Source of the DNA: an uncultured Desulfatitalea sp.
GTDB taxonomy: Bacteria; Desulfobacterota; Desulfobacteria; Desulfobacterales; Desulfosarcinaceae
Direction of reading: 5' to 3'
DNA length: 64,000 bases
NCBI GenBank assembly: GCA_963668675.2
Contig: CAXXMB010000001.1
Location: 160,001-224,000 of the forward strand
A program made the position numbers and the translations under genes. Positions 10,143-20,455 of the stretch are shown here, piece by piece. Under the pieces are notes generated by a model that was not told the DNA's origin, searched no databases, and saw nothing but the letters and a program-made list of their open reading frames with translations. Positions within the stretch are counted from its first letter, which is position 1; every line of letters begins with the position of its first letter.

Positions 10143-10880
10143 ATGATTAGAAGAGAAGTGGTTGTCTGTGTTGTCGTATCGATCATTCTGTCCATGTCCA
10201 CCTTTGCGTGCCGGGAGGGTGTGAACGGTGTTCTCAGCCAGGTTGCGAAAGAGCTGCAGAGCAGCCAGGGCCTGGGGCAGGGCGACATCATCGCCGGTTT
10301 GAAAGAGGCGCTTCAGGTGGGGACTCAAAATGCGGTCGATATCACGTCAAAAGTGAACGGCTATTACAGCAATCCGCAGATCAAGATTCCTCTGCCCGAA
10401 AAGGTCCAGGAGGTCAAGGACCTGCTGCGCATGGCCGGCATGGGAGATAAGGTGTCCGCTTTTGAAAAGAGCATGAACAGGGCAGCCGAACGCGCCGCCC
10501 CAGAAGCAAAGGAGCTGTTTGTCGGTGCTATCCGCCAGATGACCTTTTCCGATGCCAAGAAGATCCTCAAGGGGCGTGAGAATGAAGCGACCCTCTACTT
10601 CAAAGAGAAAACCTACGCGCCGCTCTCCCAGCGTTTCGAGCCGCTGGTGCACAGTGCCATGGCAGAGGTGGGAGTGACCCGTTACTACCAGGATCTCGAG
10701 AGAAAGATTCAGTTACTGCCGGTCAAAGGACTGCTCGATTTCGATCTGGATCAATATGTGACCGATAAGGCCTTGGACGGCCTCTTCTACATGTTGGCTG
10801 AGGAGGAGGCCAAGATCCGGAAAGATCCGGCGGCTCGGGTGACGGAGCTGCTCAAAAAGGTATTTGGATCGGCAGATTAG
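10143..10880 (+). CDS. DUF4197 family secreted protein
   Basis: AGLKEAL, IKIPLP, SMNRAAE, ALDGLFYMLAEEEAKIRKDPAARVTELLKKVFG. Confidence 0.88.
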   Translation: MIRREVVVCVVVSIILSMSTFACREGVNGVLSQVAKELQSSQGLGQGDIIAGLKEALQVGTQNAVDITSKVNGYYSNPQIKIPLPEKVQEVKDLLRMAGMGDKVSAFEKSMNRAAERAAPEAKELFVGAIRQMTFSDAKKILKGRENEATLYFKEKTYAPLSQRFEPLVHSAMAEVGVTRYYQDLERKIQLLPVKGLLDFDLDQYVTDKALDGLFYMLAEEEAKIRKDPAARVTELLKKVFGSAD

Positions 10881-10940
10881 GAAAGAAAGGCGGTCCGGAC
10901 TGCGGCTTCCCGACGTTCGGATCACCGGTCCACAATGCGG

Positions 10941-11915
10941 TCATACACTGCAAAAGTGCCGCTGGTATTCAGTCGGCAGCAGGCCGGTGTGCTTTTTGAA
11001 AACCTCCCTGAAGTGGCCGCTGTTTTCATACCCCAGTTTATAGCAGATCTCATCGAAGGTGCCGTCGCTGCTCTCCAGCAGTCGCTTGGCCGCTTCCACC
11101 CGTGTGCGCTGCAGGTAATAAAGAGGCGTGTCGCCAGTGGCTTTTTTGAACCGACGCTCAAACGTTCTGCGGCTCATGCCGTGATTTTTGGCCACCCGGT
11201 TGAGGTTGATTTCCCGGGCGTAGTTCTTTTCGATCCATTGCTGAGAGACTTTGATGGTCTCATCGGAATGGTTTTTCTGGAACCGGAAGACCGAGTAAGG
11301 GGCCTGGGAATTGCGGCTCATGTCGTGAAGCAGCGCCTTTGAGCACTGCACAGCAACATTGCGGCCGCAGTACTTCTCCACCAGGTAGATCGATAGATCG
11401 ATGCCTGCCCCTAGCGCTCCGGCACAGTATAAGGTCTTTTCATCGGTGATCAGCCGCTGGGGTTTAAGATGTACGTCTGGGTACATCTGCTCGAACTGAT
11501 CCACGAAACCCCAGTGGGTGGTGGCCGTCTTCCCATCGAGCAGGCCGGTCTCAGCCAGCATAAAGGCACCGGTACAGACGCTGGCGATGCTGGTACCCTT
11601 GCGGTGATGGCGGCGAAGCCAGGCGATCGTTTCCGCGTGGTGCCGGATGGTCCCTTCGATATTGGTGATGCTGGGGATGACGATCAGATCGGTCTCATCA
11701 ACCGCCTCCATGGCGCGGTGGGGGGCGATCTGCACGTTGTTCAGGCATCTGACCGGTTGGCCGTCTGTAGAGACCACCTCGACATCAAAGAAGGGGGTCA
11801 ACGGCATCCCCTGGATGTGGTTCCACAGCTGGCCCGCCTGAAAGAAGACATCCATGGGACCGAGCACCGTGGTGGCGATGGTGTTGCGAATGGCCAGAAT
11901 AGTGATCTTTTTCAT
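10941..11915 (-). CDS. GlxA-family transcriptional regulator (DJ-1/PfpI domain plus AraC HTH)
   Basis: ASVCTGAFMLAETGLLDGKTATTHW; MSRRTFERRFKKATG HTH. Confidence 0.93.
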   Translation of the reverse strand: MKKITILAIRNTIATTVLGPMDVFFQAGQLWNHIQGMPLTPFFDVEVVSTDGQPVRCLNNVQIAPHRAMEAVDETDLIVIPSITNIEGTIRHHAETIAWLRRHHRKGTSIASVCTGAFMLAETGLLDGKTATTHWGFVDQFEQMYPDVHLKPQRLITDEKTLYCAGALGAGIDLSIYLVEKYCGRNVAVQCSKALLHDMSRNSQAPYSVFRFQKNHSDETIKVSQQWIEKNYAREINLNRVAKNHGMSRRTFERRFKKATGDTPLYYLQRTRVEAAKRLLESSDGTFDEICYKLGYENSGHFREVFKKHTGLLPTEYQRHFCSV

Positions 11916-12086
11916 TTTACCCCCTGGATTTCATTCCATTGAGTTGTAGTGATACACACCGTTTGACGCAATCCCGTTGTTAAATGCCGTTTATGTCACT
12001 TTTCACGGCTGTCGTCAAAGCATATGCTTGCGGCATCACATCTATTGCCGAGAGATGACAATCACGGACTGAAAACGGAGGAGGGT

Positions 12087-13223
12087 ATGGCCAGTAAATC
12101 CTACATCGATGCATTCATCCCCATTGGAAAAGAACAGGACAACTGCGTAAATTGTGGTATTTGCCTTCAGAAATGCCCGGTTATGAAGATGGGCAAGGCG
12201 GAGTCCAAGGCTGAAATCAAGCGGCTGCTGAACGGCGAACCGCCCGAGCGTGTTCTTGATGAGTGCACCTTCTGTTTCAGCTGCAATCACTACTGCCCCA
12301 TAGGACTGAAACCTTACGCCCTGATCATGGAGCGCATGACCGCCAAAAACCGGGAGAGCGGAAAGGGCATCCCCGATGCGGTTCATTACATGTGCACCGG
12401 CAAGAACGAGACGGGATATTTTTTCGATCTATACGATGGCGCCCCGGAGGAGGATAAGGCCATTTTGAAGCGCTGGTCCGAGGTGCCTGCCAAGGCGAAG
12501 GACACCCTCTTTATCGGCTGTTTCGGCCGCACGATTCCCCAGACCATCGAGAACTCCAACACCCTGGCAGACCTGGCCAAGTACGCCCCGCGGGATGCCT
12601 GTTGCGGTGAGATTCCCTACCGATTCGGTGATTATGAAACCTTCACCGAAACCGTTGAGCGCACCCTTCCCCAGTTGGAGGCCCTGGATACGGAGCGGCT
12701 GGTCTGCTACTGCGGCTCCTGCGGTAACTACTTTGGAAACGTATGGCCCAATCTGCATGGGGTTATACTGCCATTTGAAGTGATATCCATCTGGGAGTGG
12801 CTGTGGGAGAAGTACCAGGCCGGTGAAATCTCCATCGCACGCAAGTACGAGAAACCGGTGATCATCAACGATTCGTGTTACAGCAGTGAACTGGGCGATG
12901 GTTTCTACGAGGCGGTGCGCGGGTTGCACGAGGCGGCCGGCATGCAGATCGTCGAGTTGCCCAACAACCGCTACGATGCCATCTGCTGCGGTTTTGCCAG
13001 CGGTATCCGTAACAACTACGACCAGTCCCAGGTGGCCAAGGAGTCCAAAAAGCGTGCCGACCAGATCGTCGCTGCCAATGTACCCGATGTGAGCTGCTAC
13101 TGCCCTGGTTGCTATGCCTCCATCTCCAACCACGCCCAGGAGAACGATTTGAAGCTGCACTACTCGATCAATCGCATCCTGTGGGCGTTCGGAGATGAGC
13201 GGCCCGCAAAGAAAAGTGGTTAG
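12087..13223 (+). CDS. Fe-S oxidoreductase subunit (two 4Fe-4S motifs plus CCG domains)
   Basis: CVNCGICLQKCP, CTFCFSCNHYCP, two CCG motifs, CPGC; GGAGG RBS before ATG 12087. Confidence 0.88.
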   Translation: MASKSYIDAFIPIGKEQDNCVNCGICLQKCPVMKMGKAESKAEIKRLLNGEPPERVLDECTFCFSCNHYCPIGLKPYALIMERMTAKNRESGKGIPDAVHYMCTGKNETGYFFDLYDGAPEEDKAILKRWSEVPAKAKDTLFIGCFGRTIPQTIENSNTLADLAKYAPRDACCGEIPYRFGDYETFTETVERTLPQLEALDTERLVCYCGSCGNYFGNVWPNLHGVILPFEVISIWEWLWEKYQAGEISIARKYEKPVIINDSCYSSELGDGFYEAVRGLHEAAGMQIVELPNNRYDAICCGFASGIRNNYDQSQVAKESKKRADQIVAANVPDVSCYCPGCYASISNHAQENDLKLHYSINRILWAFGDERPAKKSG

Positions 13224-13615
13224 GAAAGCATCGTTTTGTGGAAGAAGATGCAGGCGTTCGGAAACAGAGGATTACCGCGTTGGTCTTCATAACGATGACT
13301 TGTTTGCGTGCCAGTGCAAGATGCTATTGATCGCCGAAGCGGCTCTATCGTATATGGGAAGAAACGGGGGTGAAACTGGTTCACTGAAAACCGACGCCAA
13401 GTGAAAAGTATTTAATTTTCCTAATTGTCATGCATGTAGGAGATGCGAGTGGTTCTCAAAGAGATCGACTCGAACGATGGGGGTCGCCGGACCGTTTTGA
13501 ATCGATAATGGCCAATCTTCCGACCACCTTGCTGGTTTCTTCCTCCGGAGAAGCGGATATGTTTGTCTGATCGGCTTATGGCGATGCTACGCGAGCCGTT
13601 TGGTCAACCGGCAGG

Positions 13616-14980
13616 TCAGATGCCCCCCAGTCGCGGCAGCACCATGGCTGCAAAGCTCAAAACAAAGAAGAAGCCGCACATATCGGTGACCGTGGTCAGC
13701 AACGGGCTAGAGACCAGGGCCGGATCCAGTTTAACGCGTTTGAGAATCAGGGGCAGCATGCCACCCAGGATAACGGAAACCAGGGTATTGGCGGCCAGTG
13801 CACCGCCGACGACCAGGCCGAGCCACGGGTTTCCCTTCCACAAATAGGCTACCCCGCCAAGCAGGATGCCGAGTACGACGCCGTTGATGATGCCAACCCG
13901 AGTCTCCTTGGCCACCACCCACAGCAATTCACCCGGCCGAACCAGCCCCAGAGAGAGTTCGCGCATGGAAACCGCTACCGCCTGATTGCCCGAACAGCCA
14001 CTCATGTCGCTGACCATAGGCAGGAACACCGCCAGCACAATCACAGCGGATAAGGTGTCCTGATAGAGGGCGATCACACTGGCCGCGATAATATTGAGCA
14101 CGATATTCATGCTCAGCCAGGAGAGGCGTCTGCCGGAGCGGGACAACAGCGGCATCGTACGGAATTCCTCGCCGCCGATAATCCCGCTCAATCGCAGAAA
14201 GTTTTTGGTCTTGCGTTTATTGACCGCCTCTTCGATATCTTCTGGCAGGACCACGCCGACCAACCGTTGCTCGATGTCTACGACCGGGACGCCAAAAAGA
14301 GGGTGTTCCTCGAAAAACTCCTCGAGTTGCCTGAGGGGGGTTTGGTCCAGCACACTGAGCGGCGAAGAGATCATGACTCTGCTCAGCCGGCTCTCCTTTG
14401 CCGGAAAAAGCAGGTCGTGCATGCGAAGCACCCCGACCAGTTTTTCCTGCGAATCGGTGATGTAGATATACTGTACATTAAAGTCGGCATATGCCTCTCT
14501 GTTAGTTTGCAGGTCATCGAGGACATCCTGGATCGTGAGGTTGTCGCGATAGGAAAGGAACTCGGAGATCATGAGCCCGCCGGCACAATCCGGCGCGTAC
14601 TCAAGCATCATTTTCGCATCTTCTGCATCTTTGCGATCCATTTTAGCCAGGATGGCCAGACTTGCCGTTTGATCCATCTCCCCCAGAACATCGACGACAC
14701 GATCGCTGGCCATCTCCCCCAAAATTGCCGCTGCCTGATCGGACGGCATCTCCTCTACTATATCGGCGGCCTGGGCATTTGGGATCTCTTCGATGAGATC
14801 GGCGGCATCCTCTGGGCTGAGGAGTCCGAGCAGCCGATTCTGCTCATCGGCGGTTAGCCGGGAAATCGCTCTGGCCCTTTCTGAAGGGCTGAGTGTTTCT
14901 ATGAATCCGGTCGATTCAACGCTGTTTTTCGCAGCGATCAGCTCGCTGAGTGTTTTCCACGGAGGTATTGATTCGCTCAT
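13616..14980 (-). CDS. mgtE: Magnesium transporter
   Basis: Acidic N-domain, CBS pair (AGGLM), RRLSWL, GCSGNQ, LDPALVSSPLLTTVTD. Confidence 0.95.
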   Translation of the reverse strand: MSESIPPWKTLSELIAAKNSVESTGFIETLSPSERARAISRLTADEQNRLLGLLSPEDAADLIEEIPNAQAADIVEEMPSDQAAAILGEMASDRVVDVLGEMDQTASLAILAKMDRKDAEDAKMMLEYAPDCAGGLMISEFLSYRDNLTIQDVLDDLQTNREAYADFNVQYIYITDSQEKLVGVLRMHDLLFPAKESRLSRVMISSPLSVLDQTPLRQLEEFFEEHPLFGVPVVDIEQRLVGVVLPEDIEEAVNKRKTKNFLRLSGIIGGEEFRTMPLLSRSGRRLSWLSMNIVLNIIAASVIALYQDTLSAVIVLAVFLPMVSDMSGCSGNQAVAVSMRELSLGLVRPGELLWVVAKETRVGIINGVVLGILLGGVAYLWKGNPWLGLVVGGALAANTLVSVILGGMLPLILKRVKLDPALVSSPLLTTVTDMCGFFFVLSFAAMVLPRLGGI

Positions 14981-15116
14981 CGGTTCCCTCGTTTTTCAGG
15001 TTGGCGCAATTGGGATGGAATGCGTTTGTAGCAGGACTATAGCTGCACTCCCGGATCACCTTTAATGTTGCCTTCAAAGTTGACAGTTGGCAATGAAACA
15101 TATGCTTTCAATGTGT

Positions 15117-15264
15117 TATTAACCCGGCAATTAATAACCACAGCAATCGTCATTCCAGCAGAGGCCGGGCACGAAGTGAAGCCTTGGCGCTATCCAGACC
15201 GTTACTGGATCCCGGATCAAGTCCGGGGTGACAAAGGTTGGACAATTTAATTGCCGGTTTAATA
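15117..15264 (+). mobile_element. MITE copy (148 bp including TA duplications)
   Basis: TATTAACCCGGCAATTAA...TTAATTGCCGGTTTAATA terminal inverted repeats with internal GTCATTCC.../...GGGTGAC palindromes. Confidence 0.8.
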
Positions 15265-15466
15265 AAATGATCGTGCATGGCGACGCAAGATCATTCGGCT
15301 GTCATTCTGGCGGGTGTCTATGTAAAAGAGCTGCCGTACCGCCGGAACCGGCCGTTTCCAACCTGGTGCTAAAGGTTGCTTTTGTATAGGGCGAAGGATA
15401 GTAAGACACTATGAGTTAATAAGTTTTAGGTATCGTCGTGCTATTCAATAAGGAAACGCTAAACTG

Positions 15467-16909
15467 ATGAAAACACCTATTATGGTATCACCGCGACAGG
15501 TCAAAAAGACTAAAATTATCGCCACGATTTCAAACAATCGTTGTTCGCCCGAGTTCCTGGCCTCACTGCATGCGGCCGGAATGGATACGGTGCGGTTGAA
15601 CACGGCCCACCAGACCATCGAGGAGGCCATGACGGTGGTCCGTAACGTGCGGGAGGCCTCCCACCGTATCGCCATCATGGTGGACACCAAAGGACCCGAA
15701 ATCCGCACCACTCCGGTCAGCGAAGAGATCGAGGTGAAAACCGGCGATACGATATGCGTACGGGGCGCCAGGAATGAATTGTCGTGCCGAGACTGCATCT
15801 GTGTGAACTATGACGGGCTGGTCAACGATCTCTCTGTGAACGACCGGCTTCTGATCGACGACGGCGATGTGGAACTGCAGGTCACTTCCAAGGAACAGGA
15901 TCGGGTGAAGTGCCAGGTCTTAAACGACGGCTGGATCAAGGGGCGCAAGGGCGTCAACATTCCCTCCGTATCGATCAATCTGCCGGCGCTGACCTCCAAG
16001 GATGAGGAGTTCGTACGCTTCGCCGCCGACAACGATATTGATTTTATTGCCCACTCGTTTGTGCGCAACAAAGAGGATGTGCTGGCGGTTCAAAAGGTAC
16101 TCGATGAGAAGGGAAGCCCTGTCAAGATCATCGCCAAAATAGAGAACCAGCAGGGTGTCGACCATATCGACGAGATCCTCGACCACGCCTATGCGGTAAT
16201 GGTCGCGCGCGGCGACTTGGCCATCGAGATCCCCTCAGAGAGGATTCCCCTGCTTCAGAAGCGACTGGTGAAAAAATGCATGGAGCGGCGCAAACCGGTC
16301 ATCATAGCGACTCAAATGCTGCAGTCGATGATCCACTCCCCGCGGCCGACCCGGGCCGAGATATCGGATGTGGGCAACGCCTGCCTGGACGGTACCGACG
16401 CCATCATGCTCTCGGGTGAAACCGCCCAGGGCAAGTACCCTTTGGAAGCCGTGAAGGTGATGACCCGTGTGGCGCTCGAGATTGAGGCTGGGTACGACAC
16501 CTTCAACAACATCCCCTACGAGGCGGACAACAACGTCACCAGCTATCTCTCCAAGGCGGCGGTCAAAGCCTCCATGCGTCTGCAAACAAAAGCGCTGGTG
16601 GCCGACACCATCACCGGACGAACGATTCTGAGTCTGGCAGCTTACCGCGGCAAGAACCCAATATTTGCCCAGTGCTACAGCAGGCGAACCGTACGGCAGC
16701 TGGCGCTATCATACGGCGTAGTGGCGCATTACATCCCGCGGGAGCTAAAGTCGCATGAGTTCCTGAAGAAAGCCCTGACACGCCTGGTGAAGGAGAACTA
16801 CTTCTCTAAAGAGAGCCTGATAACGGTCCTGGCCGGCCACTTCGGCTCCGAACACGGCGCCTCCTACATCGAGATCAGTACGGCTGAGAATATGCTGAAA
16901 AGGCAATAA
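15467..16909 (+). CDS. pyk: Pyruvate kinase
   Basis: TKIIAT, DTKGPEIRT, IIAKIEN, MVARGDL, ATQMLQSM, RPTRAE, MLSGETA. Confidence 0.97.
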   Translation: MKTPIMVSPRQVKKTKIIATISNNRCSPEFLASLHAAGMDTVRLNTAHQTIEEAMTVVRNVREASHRIAIMVDTKGPEIRTTPVSEEIEVKTGDTICVRGARNELSCRDCICVNYDGLVNDLSVNDRLLIDDGDVELQVTSKEQDRVKCQVLNDGWIKGRKGVNIPSVSINLPALTSKDEEFVRFAADNDIDFIAHSFVRNKEDVLAVQKVLDEKGSPVKIIAKIENQQGVDHIDEILDHAYAVMVARGDLAIEIPSERIPLLQKRLVKKCMERRKPVIIATQMLQSMIHSPRPTRAEISDVGNACLDGTDAIMLSGETAQGKYPLEAVKVMTRVALEIEAGYDTFNNIPYEADNNVTSYLSKAAVKASMRLQTKALVADTITGRTILSLAAYRGKNPIFAQCYSRRTVRQLALSYGVVAHYIPRELKSHEFLKKALTRLVKENYFSKESLITVLAGHFGSEHGASYIEISTAENMLKRQ

Positions 16910-16928
16910 AAGGGGCTTGCTTGGACCT

Positions 16929-17822
16929 TTAGCGGCCTATTCTATCTGGATCCCTTGGCCGAACATCCACCATGACCGAAAGGTTGTGTACGCCGCCACC
17001 CATCACCACACCTTTGACCGGCGTGACATCGCCGTAGTCGCGTCCCCATGCCAGGGTGATATGCTTGGTATTCGGTATCAGATTGTTCGTAGGGTCCAAG
17101 TCGACCCAGCCCGTATCGGGGACGTACACGGAAAGCCAGGCGTGGGAGGCGTCGGCGCCGATGAGTCTGGGTTTGCCCGGTGGCGGCGCCGTCTCCAGGT
17201 AGCCGCTCACATACCGGGCAGCCAGCCCCAAACTTCTCATGCAACTGACGGCCAGATGGGCAAAGTCCTGACAGACGCCTTTACGGGCCGCCAGCACCTG
17301 CTCAACAGTTGTATCGATCGAGGTGGCTTCTTTATCATATTTGAATTCCGAGAAAATACGTCCGATCAGGTCGACCGCACCGGCCAATAGAGGCATCCCC
17401 GCAGGAAAGGAGTGCCGCGCATATGATGCGGCGTCGGCGGGAATCGAAACCAGGGGGCTTTCAAAAACAAACTGGTACGCCCCCAGTTCCTCTGTTTGTT
17501 GATGTGAGGCCAACCTTTGAACGACCGATTCCCAGGCGGGTGTGGATTCAGCCACAGGCGCAATCTGGCCCGTTGTCTCCACCACGCTGTTGGACGTCAC
17601 TGTCAGTTCGGTGTGGGGTTCTTGTACCATGAAGAGGTGGGAGATGTTTCCGAAGAAATCGGTCCGCTCATGCAAATACTCTGGTGGCGGGTTGATCTCC
17701 ATACGGCTTTCCATAACTCGCTGGGAGGGCGTTTCGCGAGGCTGAAGGAACAGCTCATTCTGAGAGAGAGATGCCGGCTCCGAATATCGGAATGCCGTTT
17801 TATGAATAATTTGGTATCTCAT
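16929..17822 (-). CDS. Transglutaminase-family protein
   Basis: GVCQDFAH, ARYVSGY, SHAW, DPTN, WGRDYGDV (Cys-His-Asp triad). Confidence 0.93.
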   Translation of the reverse strand: MRYQIIHKTAFRYSEPASLSQNELFLQPRETPSQRVMESRMEINPPPEYLHERTDFFGNISHLFMVQEPHTELTVTSNSVVETTGQIAPVAESTPAWESVVQRLASHQQTEELGAYQFVFESPLVSIPADAASYARHSFPAGMPLLAGAVDLIGRIFSEFKYDKEATSIDTTVEQVLAARKGVCQDFAHLAVSCMRSLGLAARYVSGYLETAPPPGKPRLIGADASHAWLSVYVPDTGWVDLDPTNNLIPNTKHITLAWGRDYGDVTPVKGVVMGGGVHNLSVMVDVRPRDPDRIGR

Positions 17823-20392
17823 GGCCCAGGTTCGCCATAGAGGGTTGAAAAGTGGGGTGTCGCCGGCACCCGACTCAGGTAGTGGGCGCTGATCTGGTGT
17901 GCGAAGTCCAGTAGCTGGTTTTCCATGGATTCAAGGAAGGTCGCCAGGGATTCACTCTTTGCGTTGCCTTCAGCGCAATCAAGGCCGGTAAGATCCAGCA
18001 GCCGCACGGAAGTCAACATCTCAAGCGCCATGCGCTCTTCCGGTGTGGAGAAGCGTCGATCGCTTTTTCTGGGCAGATGCTCCACATGGGTGGCCAATTG
18101 GCTGCATTGGAAGGCCAGGGATTTGGGATTGCTTTCGTCCACGAGCAGCAGATCCAGTACCGGCGCCAGCTGAAATGTGGTTCTGTAGCGGGCCCGGTAG
18201 GTCATGATGCTGTCCGACACCTCCAGCAGCGCCTCGAGGGAACTTCTGGTTTGGTTGCAAACCCGGGGAAGGCCGAGACGAATCAGGTTGGTCTGGTGGA
18301 TGGCGCGCTCCACACGGCGGCCCATGTCCATAAAACGCCAACCCAACCCGCGTGTCATGCTCTCCATGGCCAATCCGCTAAAGGCGTTCAGGGTAAAAAG
18401 GATCTCGTTCAGAAGCTCAAGTGGTTCGGTGTCCTGCTGTTCGGCAAATTCCTCTATTCGGTTGATGACCCGCCACGAGTCCAGTGAGAGGCGGTCGCGT
18501 ACATTGCGGGCCGCTTCCTGAACACGTTTGAGAATGGCTGCCACGCTATCCGCCATATTTTTATCGTAGAGCACGGTGTGGAGTTGGGCATACAGTTCAC
18601 GATAGCTCGGAATGCTGTGCCCCTCTTTTGGGACTGTTGAGATGTCGGAAGTGGTGTCCTGAGTTACGCCGGAAGGGATGCTGTTGTTCGCCCTGAGCTG
18701 GCTCAGGAGGTAAGGCAGCTCTGGAATATCCGCCAGACTGGCTTCTCCGGCGAGCCGTTTGAAGACCGACCTCAACAACCGGATCAACCCCTCGGCCCGC
18801 TCAAGATAGCGCCCCAGCCACAACAGATGATCGGCCACCCGGCTGGGCAGGTCGCTGCCTCGCCTGAATTCGGCTGCCGTTTGAAGCCCGCCGATCATGC
18901 TGAACGGCTCGACGGGTTGGTCCGAAAGCACCCAGACATCTTTGCTCTGCTGGCGTTCGGGCAGGTCGGCGGTCAAGGTCTCTATATCGTCAGCAGTGAT
19001 CGCCAGTCCGCCGGGCATCACTGAGAATCCCCGGCTCGTGGCACAGGCAAATACCCGTAATATTGCATACCGTGATCGAACACCACCGTAGTCCCAAGAG
19101 GGAACGACGGCCGGCCGAATCGGCATCTGCGCGACATAATTATGGGGGGTTGCTGCGATGGCAGTCGCCAGCTCTTCCGGTTCGATCGATTGTGGTAACC
19201 CATTCGACGATCGGTCCATGGCGGCGGAGATCTTCAGTCGGTCCAGGTGATCCAATACATATTTGCGATCGGTTTCGTTGCCGCACCACCATGTGGGATG
19301 GTTCTCGAGTTTCAGGGCGCTACCCATCAAATGCCGGCACAGTTCAGGCAGAAAGGATGCGAGCGCCGGCGTATCCACAAATCCGCTGCCGATGGGGCTG
19401 ACAATGTCCACCGACTGTTCCCTGCAGGCCTGGATGAGTCCGGCTACCCCCTTGGTTGTCTGCCGCCGCAAAGCAAAGGGGTCGCTCTCTTTATCAGCGA
19501 TGTGCCGGAAGATCGCCTCCACCGTCTCGAGCCCGGCCAGTTTTTTAAGAAAGACCTGACCATTTCTAACCGTCAGATCCTGCCCCTCCACCAATGGATA
19601 GCCCAAATAGCGGGAGAGCAGGGCATGTTCGAAATAGATGCGGCTATCAGGTCCGGGCGATAGTAGTACAATGCCCGGGTCCTCCTGGGTTAAAGAGGCT
19701 CGTTCGGTGAGCCCTTGATGGAAATTCTGGAAAAAAGGTGCCAGGCGCAGGATTTGAGTTTGATGGTAAAGATCTGAAAAAACTCGTGAAATGACGATCC
19801 TGTTTTCCAGGGCATACCCCAGTCCGGCTGGATTGGCTCCATAATCACGGAACACACGAAAACGCCCATCCGGACCCCGGTACAGGTCGACCGCATAAAA
19901 GGTGAGGAACCGGTTTCCGTTTGGACGGATGCCATGGCAGGCGTGCAGGAAATTGGGATTGGCAAAGATGATTTCAGCAGGCAGTCGTCCATCTTTGATC
20001 AGGGTTTGAGGCCCGTAGATATCGGCAAGGATTTGCTCGATGAGCAGTGCGCGCTGGAAAATGCCGGCTTCCACTTCGGCCCATTCGGCTGCTGTAACGG
20101 GCAGCGGGATCATCTCCAGGGCCCAGGGGGTGCCCCGGCCACCGGGATCGTCAAATGGGTTGAAGGTGGCACCGTCTTCGTGTCGCATCCTGCGAACCCG
20201 ATCCTGGCGTTGATCGAGCACCTTGGTGCCGGTGGCGTCCAGGGTAGAAATCAGCGCTCTCCAGTGCGTTTTCGCCATAGAGCCGTCGTCAAACGCCTCG
20301 TTGAATGCATCTCCGGGAAAACCGACAGAATTGAAGAGGGACGGCTTTGTCGCTGGCGCACCGGCCGGGCCGGCAATGGGGGTGTCGTTCAT
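17819..20392 (-). CDS. Circularly permuted type 2 ATP-grasp protein fused to an alpha-E domain
   Basis: GLGYALENR, YFEHALL, DLTV, MPGGL, QQSKDVWV, then SRVADHLLWLGRYLERAE and ESMTRGLGWRFMDMGRRVER. Confidence 0.9.
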   Translation of the reverse strand: MNDTPIAGPAGAPATKPSLFNSVGFPGDAFNEAFDDGSMAKTHWRALISTLDATGTKVLDQRQDRVRRMRHEDGATFNPFDDPGGRGTPWALEMIPLPVTAAEWAEVEAGIFQRALLIEQILADIYGPQTLIKDGRLPAEIIFANPNFLHACHGIRPNGNRFLTFYAVDLYRGPDGRFRVFRDYGANPAGLGYALENRIVISRVFSDLYHQTQILRLAPFFQNFHQGLTERASLTQEDPGIVLLSPGPDSRIYFEHALLSRYLGYPLVEGQDLTVRNGQVFLKKLAGLETVEAIFRHIADKESDPFALRRQTTKGVAGLIQACREQSVDIVSPIGSGFVDTPALASFLPELCRHLMGSALKLENHPTWWCGNETDRKYVLDHLDRLKISAAMDRSSNGLPQSIEPEELATAIAATPHNYVAQMPIRPAVVPSWDYGGVRSRYAILRVFACATSRGFSVMPGGLAITADDIETLTADLPERQQSKDVWVLSDQPVEPFSMIGGLQTAAEFRRGSDLPSRVADHLLWLGRYLERAEGLIRLLRSVFKRLAGEASLADIPELPYLLSQLRANNSIPSGVTQDTTSDISTVPKEGHSIPSYRELYAQLHTVLYDKNMADSVAAILKRVQEAARNVRDRLSLDSWRVINRIEEFAEQQDTEPLELLNEILFTLNAFSGLAMESMTRGLGWRFMDMGRRVERAIHQTNLIRLGLPRVCNQTRSSLEALLEVSDSIMTYRARYRTTFQLAPVLDLLLVDESNPKSLAFQCSQLATHVEHLPRKSDRRFSTPEERMALEMLTSVRLLDLTGLDCAEGNAKSESLATFLESMENQLLDFAHQISAHYLSRVPATPHFSTLYGEPGP

Positions 20393-20455
20393 ACCGCTGA
20401 TGCCTCGTCATAGATTAAAACCCGCCACCAGGGGCGTCCCGCCGATTTACTCTGT

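Noticed and set aside
13224..13615. ~390-bp gap between convergent genes as a possible ncRNA or gene remnant
   Set aside because: No recognisable structure, repeat or credible ORF by eye.
15065..15250. Short ORFs crossing the MITEs (also 43118..43339, 44401..44658, 53281..53850) sharing VIPAEAG-like peptides
   Set aside because: Similarity comes from the repeat itself; no consistent starts or RBS.
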